Origin: Octopus vulgaris
Taxonomy: Eukaryota
Assembly (NCBI GenBank): GCA_951406725.2
Contig: OX597825.1
Span: 3,844,001-3,908,000, forward strand
Direction of reading: 5' to 3'
DNA: 64,000 nt
This document shows, piece after piece, positions 1 to 12,299 of this stretch. Positions within the stretch are counted from its first letter, which is position 1. Each line of letters starts with the position of its first letter. The notes below the pieces were generated by a model. It made no database searches, had not been told where the DNA came from, and was given only the letters and a program-made list of their open reading frames with translations. A program made the position numbers and the translations under genes.

Positions 1-51
1 AATATCATAATTCGTTCTTACGTTGCAACATTATTTGTCGTTGAAAATAAA

Positions 52-480
52 AATGGAAACCACTGCAGATCTCATTAACTTGTTGCTTATGCGACAAGAG
101 ACCTTAGAAATGTAAATTCAACATGACAAGCAAGAATTGGCTGTTTTAACAGCATTAGCTTCCAAGTTTAAGCACTAAAATCCAACCGCAGAGATTAACA
201 ATCAACGCAGCATCACTTCAAAAGATTTCGCAAGGCTCCCTACCTTTGAATATGATTAGCAAACGAACTAACTTTTGCATGCTGGTAGAGCCGTTACCTA
301 TATTTTGTTAACACTGAAGCATCAGAAGTCAATTCAAGTAAGGTAAGACAACTAGTGCGAAAACTGAGGCAGTATTCAACAAGTATTTCAGACTTGTATA
401 ACACGAACAACATAATGAATTCGAGCTTAAACAACATGGACCTATTTCAAAAATAGTTTGAGTGAGACATCTACATTGTT
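52..480 (+). pseudogene. Degenerate Ty3/Gypsy (K02A2.6-like) gag N-terminal fragment
   Basis: Manual translation from the ATG near 52 gives METTADLINLLLMRQE...LPTFEYD* and, after a frameshift, TFACW*SRYLYFVNTEASEVNSSKVRQLVRKL. This resembles the F.YD...TF..WY.RY...F.......KVRLLLRKL pattern of invertebrate Gypsy gag. Several stops are present. Confidence 0.55.
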
Positions 481-1289
481 AAACCTCAGGAATAATTGTT
501 TGAAATTAGAAAAGGCACAGACACACACACACACATACACACACACGCACGCTTAGACACACACACACGGGCATATATAATAGCATGTAATTCTAAGATC
601 CAAGTATTTGAGTCTATGAAGTTAGTAGGTTTCGAACAGTCCGTAGTACATATAAAAACAACTTACAGGAACAATAATAGTTTCTTGGCCTCAAGGTTTG
701 AAGGTTTCACCCCTACTGTGTTATAATTTGCGCTTAGCATCTAGGGTGAATATGATTGCGAGAAAACCCACAATTAGGGAAAGGAGCGGGTAAAATTCAA
801 GCTACATATGTTTCCTAGCTAGCAAACCTTCAGAAGCAATAAGTACTCAACGAACGCTATTCAAGAAGCTACTCATCTGGCCGAAGATACCTTAGTTAAA
901 TATAGGCTACATTTCGTCAAGGGATCCAAGTTAACTCGCAGAAGATATTATTTAAAGTGAGAGATGTAGTGGGAAGAAGGGAGTGAAAAACAAAATAGAA
1001 AAACGCCCGTATTTTCTGTTCTATACAATTTCAACATCGATACATATGTCAAACCTTGTAACTGTTATAACAACAAATGCCATCTGTGAATCGCAGAAGT
1101 CTCATCTATTTACGCAATGTAACGAATGTCTGAATGAACAGAGCCACATCATTCCTAATTGTAAAGACATTCTGAAGGCACAATTGATTGCGTCCTCCTC
1201 AATTATTCCCTAACTATTCCTCCTTCACCATTTGAATAATGCTACTCGATATATTTATAACATACAGCTGTCTTAGCCACGTTTTCCCT

Positions 1290-1750
1290 TAGAGGAAAAA
1301 GGGAGGGAGAAAAAGGAAGAGGGGAACATCCCTGACGTGATGTAGAGAGACTCTAATAGTAACGCTTTCACGTGATTAGCTGAAGGCAAAGAGATGGCAG
1401 TAAAAGGGAGAGACAAACCGAGTATAAGGCTAAGAGTGAGACAGAAAGAGGGAGAGAGAAAAAGAGGGAGAGAGAAGCGTCCACCAAACGAGATAGAGGG
1501 AACATATTTATTAGGTGATTAAAAATGTTAGTCGAAGGATAAGGAGTAAAAATATAATTTTAAAAGAGGGGTGATGTTCTGATGGTGGGGGTTGAAAAAA
1601 GGCAGAGAGAGAGAGGGGGGTGAGAGAGACGAATAAGAGACAGATGAGAGAGACAGAAAGGAGAGAGATATGATGATATTGGTGGTGGTGGTGGAGATAG
1701 AGGTGGTTGTGTCGAGGCTGATGTGGTGGTGGTGATTGGAGAGAGAAAAG
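1290..1750. repeat. Purine-rich low-complexity tract, (GA)n and (GGT)n
   Basis: Runs of gagagaga and ggtggtggtggt are visible directly. Confidence 0.7.
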
Positions 1751-2517
1751 TGTAATATTTTAAAGTGAATTTTTTTGTATTACTTATCACTTAACGCATG
1801 CAAGTAAGTGCAATTCTGTGAAATATTCGCGTCTATTTACGTGACAGATATATGGAATTTAATTAAAGGCCGTACCATATGTATGGGGAGGTTGGTGTTT
1901 GCTTATGAAGAAAATGGAGAAATACGAGTGAATATTTATTATATGAGTGCTGTGTATTAATTCTATAAAACTGTGCATGAAGTATATAAGGTGTATATAT
2001 AAAGTGCAATAAGTAAACATCATATTCCAATTTCTTTCACTTTTCAATGAGTAGCAGGTGAGCGACTAGTTTTCGATACAGACACAACACAAGCTACGCC
2101 TTCAGGGTTTTTGGATAAAGTTTTCAGAAATCACGCAACTGGTCTATCCGTCAAATATTCACAGGCCTCCCTAGTTGAATATTAATATATAACGTATAAT
2201 ACAGTTGAAATTATTTCATCACCGATGTGTGCTAGCAGGGTTTATTATTTATAAATTACAAGTGGCATCAGGATATTACGTAAAATACCTCTTAATTATT
2301 TGTCTTGTGAGAAAACCTGCGTGAACGAACCTCTTACCACAATATCGGTAATGAAATCATTTCAAATTGTATTTCCCGTTATATATTAATATATACGCAT
2401 ACATACAAACATACCTATAAATGTGCGAGTATAAATATGTAAAAATACAAATGTGTGCATACATATATATACATACATATGAGTATGTGTGAACACGTAC
2501 GGACGAATAAACTATGA

Positions 2518-2590
<73 letters not shown>

Positions 2591-2705
2591 GAGGGCATTA
2601 TAATACATACATGCCACACGCTAAGAGGGACAATTAGTCATTTCTACCAAAAATTTTACTAATCCCACCGAATGCAACTTTTCAAAGTAAGACATTTAAA
2701 AATAT

Positions 2706-2754
2706 AGACTTGTATCACCTGTGATTTCATACCTCTGTATTCATCAGCAAGCCT
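2706..2754 (-). ncRNA. Minimal type I hammerhead ribozyme (antisense copy in the inverted arm)
   Basis: Exact reverse complement of 3131-3179. Confidence 0.75.
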
Positions 2755-3130
2755 GAACGTATCATAAATAAACGACCCTACCTCGTCTAAGCCGAGCAGC
2801 TAACTGATGTATTATAATGTATGTATTATAATGCCCTCTATATATAAATTAATATGTTCAATAAGAAAGAATTATTTTCGAAATTTTTCCTCTTATGAGG
2901 TATTTCACGCTATCTACCTGATAATTTCTTGTTAAGTTTTCCTTATTAAGAAGTTGTCCTTAATTGCTAAATTTTTATTCCGAAAAAACTTTTCTTCTCC
3001 GAAATGCAATTCGTAAAAGTCTGCCATTTACCGGATGTAATATATGTAAACTCACCCATGTGCTTCGTTGATGTTGATCAGTTAGCTGCTCGGCTTAGAC
3101 GAGGTAGGGTCGTTTATTTATGATACGTTC

Positions 3131-3179
3131 AGGCTTGCTGATGAATACAGAGGTATGAAATCACAGGTGATACAAGTCT
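3131..3179 (+). ncRNA. Minimal type I hammerhead ribozyme
   Basis: Stem I AGGCUUG/CAAGUCU; core CUGAUGA (3138-3144); stem II AUAC-agag-GUAU; GAAA (3157-3160); stem III A-UCAC-ag-GUGA-U; AUA triplet with predicted cleavage after 3172. Confidence 0.8.
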
Positions 3180-3422
3180 ATATTTTTAAATGTCTTACTT
3201 TGAAAAATTGCATTCGGTGGGATTAGTAAAATTTTTGGTAGAAATGACTAATTGTCCCTCTTAGCGTGTGGCATGTACGTATTATAATGACCTCTATATA
3301 TGAATTAATATGTTCAATAAGAAAGAATTATTTTCGAATTTTTTCTCTTATGAGGTCTTTCACGCTATCTACCTGATAATTTCTTGTTAAGTTTTCCTTA
3401 TTAAGAAGTTGTCCTTAATTGC

Positions 3423-3425
<3 letters not shown>

Positions 3426-3459
<34 letters not shown>

Positions 3460-3488
3460 GTATTGTGAGTGTCTGTGTTGTGTATGAG

Positions 3489-3541
<53 letters not shown>

Positions 3542-3548
3542 ATGTATG

Positions 3549-3596
<48 letters not shown>

Positions 3597-3608
3597 CATG
3601 TATGTATG

Positions 3609-3648
<40 letters not shown>

Positions 3649-3687
3649 TGTATTGTGAGTGTGAGTGTTGTGTATGAGTAATATATA

Positions 3688-3718
<31 letters not shown>

Positions 3719-3737
3719 GTGTATGTATGTATGTATA
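3426..3737. repeat. Compound microsatellite (TA)n/(TG)n/(TATG)n with a duplicated ~30-bp spacer
   Basis: Direct reading; gtattgtgagtgt..gtgttgtgtatgagta occurs near 3460 and near 3650. Confidence 0.9.
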
Positions 3738-4295
3738 GCAGCCGTTTCTCTTTTGAAACCTTCATTTAAAACAATTATTTTATCGATTTCTTTGAAGTAA
3801 TAATAGGAAACTTCACTTCAGTTAAAGGTCCGTACAGCGATATGGTATGGATTATCAATCGGCTATTGTGCTCGATCTCCTAACCAATCTAACATGATTA
3901 TTGATGTCTGTATATTGTTCCTTGGTGAATATATCTCGTTTATCCATTCAGTCAGTTATATTTAGCTGAGTGGAATTTGTCCTATTTTACTTCATTGATT
4001 ATTTTTATTCTGTTGATTATGATTATTATTTTGTTAGTTTGTTATTGTTTTTATCAATTCAGTCAATGTTAATTCTATTTGTGGAAGGCGGTATTCATTT
4101 TTTTTTTTCACTTAGTTTCCCGTAAGACATTCATTCCTCTCGTTCTCTCCCTCTCTCGCTCCCCGAAGTTTCTTTGTTTTCTAATCAGACTATACACATA
4201 CAATTGTGTTTTTTTATGCATCGGTGTGCATATATCTAGGCATGTGTATAAATACATACATACACAAATACACCCACTCACTGACACAAACGCAC

Positions 4296-4470
<175 letters not shown>

Positions 4471-5430
4471 TATGTATTGTGTAATATATATATTATAGGT
4501 ACGTATGTATTGTGTATATATACTTACTCAAAGCAAATATATTTCTATAATGTTTAACAAATTGCTCAAAAAAATAAATTATATTAAATTGCACTAAATT
4601 CTCAGTCATGCAGCGTAACAAAATCTAAAGCTGAGTATGGAAATGATGTATTTCCAAGAACGAGGCTTTCAATTAATTTTCCATATATTTTATTATATTA
4701 TAGAACTTAACCTTGATTGAGAACTTCAATATTCAATACCAACACAACACACCACATAGGAATTACAAAGCAACATGTTAGTAGATATGGCACGTGGCTT
4801 GCCCGCATAATTACGCGTGATTCGTCTATATATATATTCACTGTACACATATTTATTTAGAGAGTTCGCTAGATATATATACGTGTGTTTGTGTGTATGT
4901 CATACGCACATATATTTTTATGTCATTGTGTAACTATATATGTATATATACGAACACGCATGCGCACGCACACATACACATACACGCAAACACACAAATG
5001 CACAGAAACACACACACATATATAATATATATATAATATATATGCATACATGTTTGTATATATGTGTGCAAGTGTATACGCCTTTACTGGTACATATATT
5101 TTGTTTATCTTGTATCTGTTGGAGTCATTATATTGTGGCTATACTGGAGCACCGCATATATATATGCATATATTCATACAAACATATATATATATGAAGA
5201 TATATATATATATATATATATCTTCATATATATTCGGCATGATAGAACGCTAGCCTTTAAACGTTTTTCTGTTTTCTCTCCGTGTTTATTTTTATGTTCC
5301 TTTCTGTGGAAGGGCCTAGACTCGATGCGTAAAGACTTTCTCACTTCCCGAGTGTTAAACTAATCCACCTGCTTGCTGTCTACACACCTGTCTTCGTCTT
5401 TTGTTCTTTTTTGTAAATTCTCACTATATA

Positions 5431-5505
5431 CATACATACACATATATGTATATATATATATATATACAAACGCACACGCACACACACACATACACACACA
5501 CACAC

Positions 5506-5553
<48 letters not shown>

Positions 5554-5560
5554 GTATATG
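5431..5560. repeat. (TA)n/(CA)n compound microsatellite
   Basis: Direct reading. Confidence 0.9.
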
Positions 5561-5892
5561 GTAAGAATTTGTTTCGAAATACCATGGTACTGGTTTCAGT
5601 CCTACTGCGTATGAGCTGGGGCATATTGTTATGCAGAAGGACCGGGCAAATCCTTATCAGTGAATTAGTGAAACAGAAAGTGTGCGTATGTGTGTTTATT
5701 CATACATATATCTTAGCTTATGTATATATAGTTACTTAAATACTTACATATACACACACTCCACTCACACACACACATACACCGACCTATGTGTAAGCAT
5801 ATACATTCGCATGAATGTGTATTCGTACAAGTTTATGTACCGTTTTCTTTTCCTGGTCTTTCAATCAATTATGAATATTATTATGCATACGC

Positions 5893-6228
5893 GTGACACT
5901 CCGTCGGTTACGACGACGACGGTTCCAGTTGATTCGATCAACGAAACAGCATGCTCGTGAAATTAACGTGCAAGTGGCTGAGCATTCCGCATACACGTGT
6001 GCCCTTAATGTCGTTCTCAGGGATATTCAGCGTGACACAGATTGTGGGAAGGCTGGCCCTTTGAAATACATGCACGACAGAAACAGGAAGAAAGAGTTAG
6101 AGAAAAATTACGGTGAAAGAGTACAGCAGGGTTCGCCACCACCCCAAGCCGGAGCCTCGAGGAGCTTTAGGTATATTCTCACAACGACCGGTCTGGGAAT
6201 TGAAACCACTTGGCCACTGAGCTTCCAC
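5893..6228 (-). mobile_element. tRNA-derived SINE, family C (head internally deleted)
   Basis: Minus strand starts GTGGAAGCTCAGTGGCCAAGTGG|TTTCAATTCCCAGACCG, with A and B box remnants fused. The central segment (aagctcc..ggctccggc..ggcgaac..tgctg.actctttc) is shared with the copy at 62860-63162. Confidence 0.7.
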
Positions 6229-6279
6229 ATTGTTATGCATAAACCACGAACATATGGTATATCTTAATTAACGTTTGAA

Positions 6280-6508
6280 GGCGGCGAGCTGGCAGAAACG
6301 TCAGCACGCCGGCCGAAATGCGTAGCCGTATTTTGTCTGCCGTTACCTTCTGAGTTCAAATCCCGCTGCGGTCGACTTTGCCTTGTATCCTTTCGGAGTC
6401 TATAAATTAAGTAGCAGTTACGCACTGGGGTCGATGCAATCGACGTAATCCATTTGTCTGTCCTTGTTTGTCCCCTCTATGTTTAGCCCCTTGTGGGTAA
6501 TAAAGAAG
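6280..6508 (+). mobile_element. tRNA-derived SINE, family A, full length
   Basis: GGCGGCGAGCTGGCAGAAACG head, B-box GAGTTCAAATCCC, central ggtcgactttgcc..tcc.ttcgg.gtc..taaattaagta, tail gtttagccccttgtgggtaataaagaa. Homologous to 17308, 41947, 43761 and 48618. Confidence 0.9.
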
Positions 6509-9340
6509 CAGATATATTATTATTAACGTGTGGCAATCATTCTCAATTCAAATTCACTTTTCACCTGCATCTTCTTATCGTCTGGTCTTCTTTACATTTT
6601 CTCAAATTTCTTTCGTCACCTTGTAACACCTGGTTTGCTCTCGATAAATCATTACTTCCTCAGTTGTTTTTACTTCTTACCAATTACAATGAAGTCTATA
6701 CTTCATTTTTACCTCTTTTTGAATTTTTATGTATTTTGTTAATTACATTTCTCTTTTAAATTACTGTCATATGTTTTGAGAATTACTTTAATATTTCTTT
6801 AATATATTTTCTTGTATTTTAGAAATATTTTCTTTTCTTCTAGCTGATTATTGCTATGATCATAATATACAGGTACGAATGTGTGCGCAAACATTCATAT
6901 ATTTATATTTTGTGTTTATATGTCTGCGTTGGCGTGCTTTTATCTAGGTGCGCCCACATGTGCGTCTCTATGCAATAACTAGCAATGTAGTTCTACCTTT
7001 TCTTTTATTCCTTCACGTTCATTAATCATTTGTGTCATTTTACTTTCTGTAGAATCGCAAGGATATCTGGAAATGAATTATTGATACAGCATTCATTTAA
7101 ATTCTATATAAGGATGAGAAATTGTTTACAAGTTTATTTAATTTCACAATTTCATAATATATAGTTGAAATATTTGCTACTCGTATAATTTAAAAGAACA
7201 CAAATACATATTATTTACTAGGTTAATCAGGGAATATTGCCAGTTGATAAGGAACCTCATTCAAATAACGTCCATTAAAGCAAATTATCGTTCGCTATTG
7301 CAGTTTTGTCTATTTTTTATTCAAAAATTAAGAGAAGTCGAAGAATACAGAAATAAATAATATCTCTCAAAAATATAGAAGTTATGTTTTAAGTGGGTGC
7401 TATATAGACAACCCGACTAAAAATTGCCACAAAAATAATAGGCCTGCCGTAGTTTCTTCACAGCTTCTGGAGGAAATGCTGTAAGATACCAAGTGATGAT
7501 AAATATTCCGGTATGTGTGGTGTATGTTATGAATCAGAAATTGAAGGTGGATAACTATTAGAACTTCAAAATACACATATAAAGCAACTAATGTCAATCT
7601 TTCTGGTTGCGCTCATTTGTTACAAAAGTATGTAAAATAGTTAACAGTTTCATGCCGTCTATTACGTGCTTTCACCAAATAATGCTTCGGTATCTAAACT
7701 CTTTCATTGAATGTAGTACATGGAAATAAACTTTGGCAACTATTTTTACCATATCAAAATCATTAAAATACATATTTACTATTGACAAAAGGCAGTGTAC
7801 CATTATCCTTCATTACAGATAACCCCTACAGATATATATGTATATTTAAGAAAAGATTTTAAACCGAATATTTGTTGTAATTTTCCGTGAATTATCAAGT
7901 AATGAATATATTCTAAATGACTCGAAAATACAATTATTCAACAGTAAATAGTTATGAAACAAGTGTAAATGTAGTGAGACACGCAAAAATGTGTATTAAA
8001 TTTAAATGACATTCACGTCCAGAATTTCAGCGTTCAGTATTTTTCTCGTGACGAAGCTGGAAGTTTGATGGACACACATTTGCTCTCTACTTGTTTATTT
8101 CCTCAAATTATTATCATTTTCCATGCATTCGACATCGCAAACTCGTACATACACACATAATTATATGTAGGTTTGCATGTATCTATATCAATCAATTTAT
8201 CTATCTATCGATCGAGCGATCTGTCTATTTGTGTGTGTGCGCGCGTGTGTAACTGAAGGATTCATTCGTATTAATGATACAAATGAGAAATTTCTAAGTA
8301 ACAACTCACTTTTCAGATGACAGCTGAACCTTTCTTGTGTTCTGAATTTCGTGAGTGAAAATACGGCCGTCATGTAGGAAACGAAGTATTTCTATTCATC
8401 AATATGTTTCTGGTCACACTGTGCCTTACAGAAAATCCAGCGAGGGAAATAGTAAATGCTTCATAAAAGGAAACTCACTTAACTCCATCTACAACCTAAT
8501 GTGTAGAATGTCTGTCATATTTCAATTGATTCATAGCGTGTATGGAACCGTGTGTTTGTACATCTATAGTTCACTGTGGACGTATGTGTGACATCTGCTA
8601 TTTTGTGTGGGTGTGTGTGGGTGTTTTTGGTTTTCTCTTGAATAGTAGGTGTAAGATGGTACTTGCATTTATAAACCAATCTATCATTCCAGCGTAACTT
8701 CGACTGTAATAATATATTAATACTAATAATATTTACTACCTAAATAAACCAAATGATTGTCACAGCAAATTGACGGATATGTCAGTCGTCATATGAGGTG
8801 CATAAGCGTGTGTGTATATGTAAGTTTACTACGTTATATAAACATATATACGTACATGTCTCAGCATATATATGTGTGTGCTGGATGTGTGCATGTATCC
8901 ATATCTCTCAATCAATGTATATATCTGCCTGTGGATCTAGCAATATCACACAATTATTTATCTATCTATCTATCTATCTATCAAGATAAACAACTTTTAG
9001 CCTCTAAGTGGAAGTAATGGCAGCATATTCTTTGCCTATCTCCTAAACTTCTTGGAGATTTTAGGTAAAATTATACTAATGTGTCCATCTGTTTTAATTT
9101 AATTAAATTCTCTGCCTTTGTGCAGCTGAGGATTGCTCTGTATTTAAATTGATGCAATGGTTGCAGTGTTCAGATAAATACAATTTCGTGAAACGATCAT
9201 ACTGTAATTACCTCTGAATACCCTTGTTGCTTATTTGGATTCTAATCACCTTATTTTGAAATTGTATGGATAATACCGTACTAAATTTAGATGCCTCAAC
9301 CTAAGCACCGTATTCAACTGAATCTAAATTTTATCTATGT

Positions 9341-9374
9341 ATGTATCTATGTATCTATCTATCTCTCTATCTAC

Positions 9375-9421
<47 letters not shown>
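9341..9421. repeat. (TATC)n plus (CA)n microsatellite
   Basis: Direct reading. Confidence 0.9.
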
Positions 9422-9422
<1 letters not shown>

Positions 9423-12299
9423 TGCGGTGTTTTTCTGTGCACTTGTAAACTAGGCATCGGCGCAACTACCTTCTGCAATTTTATACCTTGACGTGACCAA
9501 AATCAGTGAAAATATAATTAGCAAATTATGACGGTATCTGAGAAGCAGCTTACTGTAATCATCACTCAGTGGAAAATGTTACCTTTTCCCCTATATGACA
9601 GTTTCATTTAATATATCATCATCTCGGACTACTGAATTAATATTATGACATGTGTCTATCACTATAACATATTTATCGTTCCAGCAGTTATTCTATTTTA
9701 TCACTGTATTCTTGTGTGTCAGAATGTACATAATCCACATTCACAGAAATAATCTACTTTATACAAGGAAGTGAAAGATAGAGAAATATTTTTATGTAGG
9801 TTTCCTGATGTATTTTTCATTTTCACAGCTAGTATTTCCGCCCAAAACACTGCGCTAACACAGAGCATCATGAAATAATAAATTGTTTCCGTCGATATTG
9901 AGGATAGCTAGAACCATATGATATTAAATTTACATGTTCTGCGCTGCAATTACTTACACACGGACACACGAAGATGTTAAATATTACAAAATTATGTTCT
10001 CTACCGGTTTATATATAGGGACTGAATATAAGCTGGTAGAGACATATACAGCACACATACAATGTTGCGAGTGTGTGTATGTGTGTGTGTGTATTTTGGT
10101 AGTCTTTTGAGGATGGTTCTGCGCATCCATGCTGAACACCTACACTCCTGCATAGATGATTTGTTTATAGTGATAAAGTATTTGTGCCGCGATCGTGATT
10201 GCAACGCCATGATCACCAGGCCACAGGCCTTTTCGTTCTCTCTCTCGCTCTCTACCTCTCTCTCACTCATATATTCATAGAATGAATTTAAGGAGAGAAA
10301 AATATAGAGAGTTAGATAAATTGCTTACTTCTGTGTTTCACTTTTTAATTATTAACAAATCACATTGGGTAACTAAATGCCTAAAAAGCATTTATTTGGT
10401 GAGTCTGACTCTGCTGACAAAATGTAACTTATTTTATTTTAATTATAAATGTAGTTTATGTAATTGCGTATGTTACGGATTATTCATTAGAAGAATCTGC
10501 ATTGAAAGTTTCGGGAAATAATGAGTCTTCAGGTCACAATTATTTCTTTCACTTTAAGGAATTGTATCTATATAATCAATGCATATGTAAGTGGAATAAT
10601 AATGAATGCCATGGCGATGCCGCTTTGTCTAGACAGGGCTTGATTACAGTTAGGAATTGGATCTAATAGTTTTGTCCTTAGTGCAAATATAAATTGTATC
10701 CATTAATATTCTCGCTGACTTTATAATTTACGATACACTTATTATGTTATTGTGATTCAAATTGATAATATCCCCCCGTAAATATATTCTGGACTTATAT
10801 CATTAAATTCATTCAGGTGTACGTAATGTATACACAAGTTTATCTTTCTTTATTATAATGGAAATATAACTAAGGTTAGTCGTCTTCCAAAACGGTATCC
10901 ATGACATAGGATCCGGTATCTATAAAGCCTACAGAAGAGACAAGGAATAGTTTCACTATGTACAAAGTGAACCCAACCACCACGAATGCTATGCAAAAAA
11001 AATCCCTATTACAAAGTATATTTCTACGACTTTCTTCTTCACCTTCAAATGAAAGAAGGTAAATAAAATAACAATTCTTAAATAACCAGCATCTAAATAA
11101 GAACATTTACGAAGAAAAGGTTCAATATACGAAAAGAAAAAAAGGGTCTTACAATAATTATAAGGAAATTGCAATAGGAAAATCATCTGGTTTCATCGCT
11201 CGCTTAATGGAGTCGCCTTCCTCGTAGCTAAATTATTTTGCAAAATATTGCCAAAACACTTCCGTCCCAAGTACTACAAACTAATAAAAGAAGAAACACA
11301 GCATAAAATTGCCACATTTCAAATTGACATATATGAAATTCAGACATCATATATATATATATATATATGAAGAGAGACAAGCGCACAGACAGACATAATC
11401 AGACAGACAGGCAGAGAGAGAGAGGGGAGATTGAGAAAATGAAACTAAGAGTGTAGAAAGAGTGAGAGGAGGAAATGAGAAGGATAGAAAAGTGAGGGAA
11501 AAAAAGATTTTCCCTCTGGTGTATTGCAGATTTTGTGTATTGATATTAGAAAAAATATCTGAATATCAGATATTCTAAGTTAAGCTGTTTTGTCATAAAA
11601 TAATCTTTTTTTTTAATACTGCGAATTACTGAATCAGGATGTTTTCCTTTGAGTATAGATGTATGGATGTGGACAGATATGTCAGCTGCTTTTTGAAAGT
11701 GTCAAAGATTCAAATTCTCTTCATTTACGTGAAATTCGACTTCAGCAAAATAATAAGTAAACCTTTTCACTTGCTTGACATCCTATTCGGTGTTTTAAAT
11801 ATATTTATATGTGTTATTTGTGTATATGTATAGATGTGTGTATATATGTGTGTGTGTGTGTGTTCGAGGATGAATGTTTAAGAATAATCGAGTTTTAGGG
11901 ACGATCGTCTTTTATGCAGATTAAATCAGACATTTGCACAAAACGGCCAGATATTGTTTGATTCTAGTGTATGGAAATTAACACCAGTTGTTTGATGAAT
12001 AAATGAAACAAATAACAAATGTTTACTTGTATATATATATTTATAGCCAGTTTGTAGCTCTTCATTAATTGGAATAACTAATTGGTATTTAGCGTTTGAT
12101 ATTCTTGGCGGCTTATTCATTTCTATAAATGCTTTGATTTAAACTGTTTATTTGATTCTCTTCAGGATATTTGAATGTGCTTAAGAATTGCTCTTCATTC
12201 ATTTACATGTGGGTGTTTATTAAAATATTTTTCAGTAATTCATTTTAGCAAAATTAGTAAAGACAACATCATTAATTTTGGATTGTGATTTTGCTCGGT

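Larger units (their letters stand above)
2581..3427 (+). mobile_element. Non-autonomous hammerhead-containing element (retrozyme or Penelope pseudo-LTR-like): inverted arm plus about 1.3 tandem monomers, inside (TA)n
   Basis: 2581-2808 is the reverse complement of 3077-3304. 2817-2972 is repeated directly at 3273-3427 (period about 456). (TA)n flanks both sides, a hammerhead core is present and there is no ORF. Confidence 0.8.

Noticed and set aside
5290-5340. gtggaagggcctagactcgatgcgta, loosely hammerhead-shaped, in a TA-flanked segment
   Set aside because: Neither CUGANGA nor GAAA is intact in this copy.
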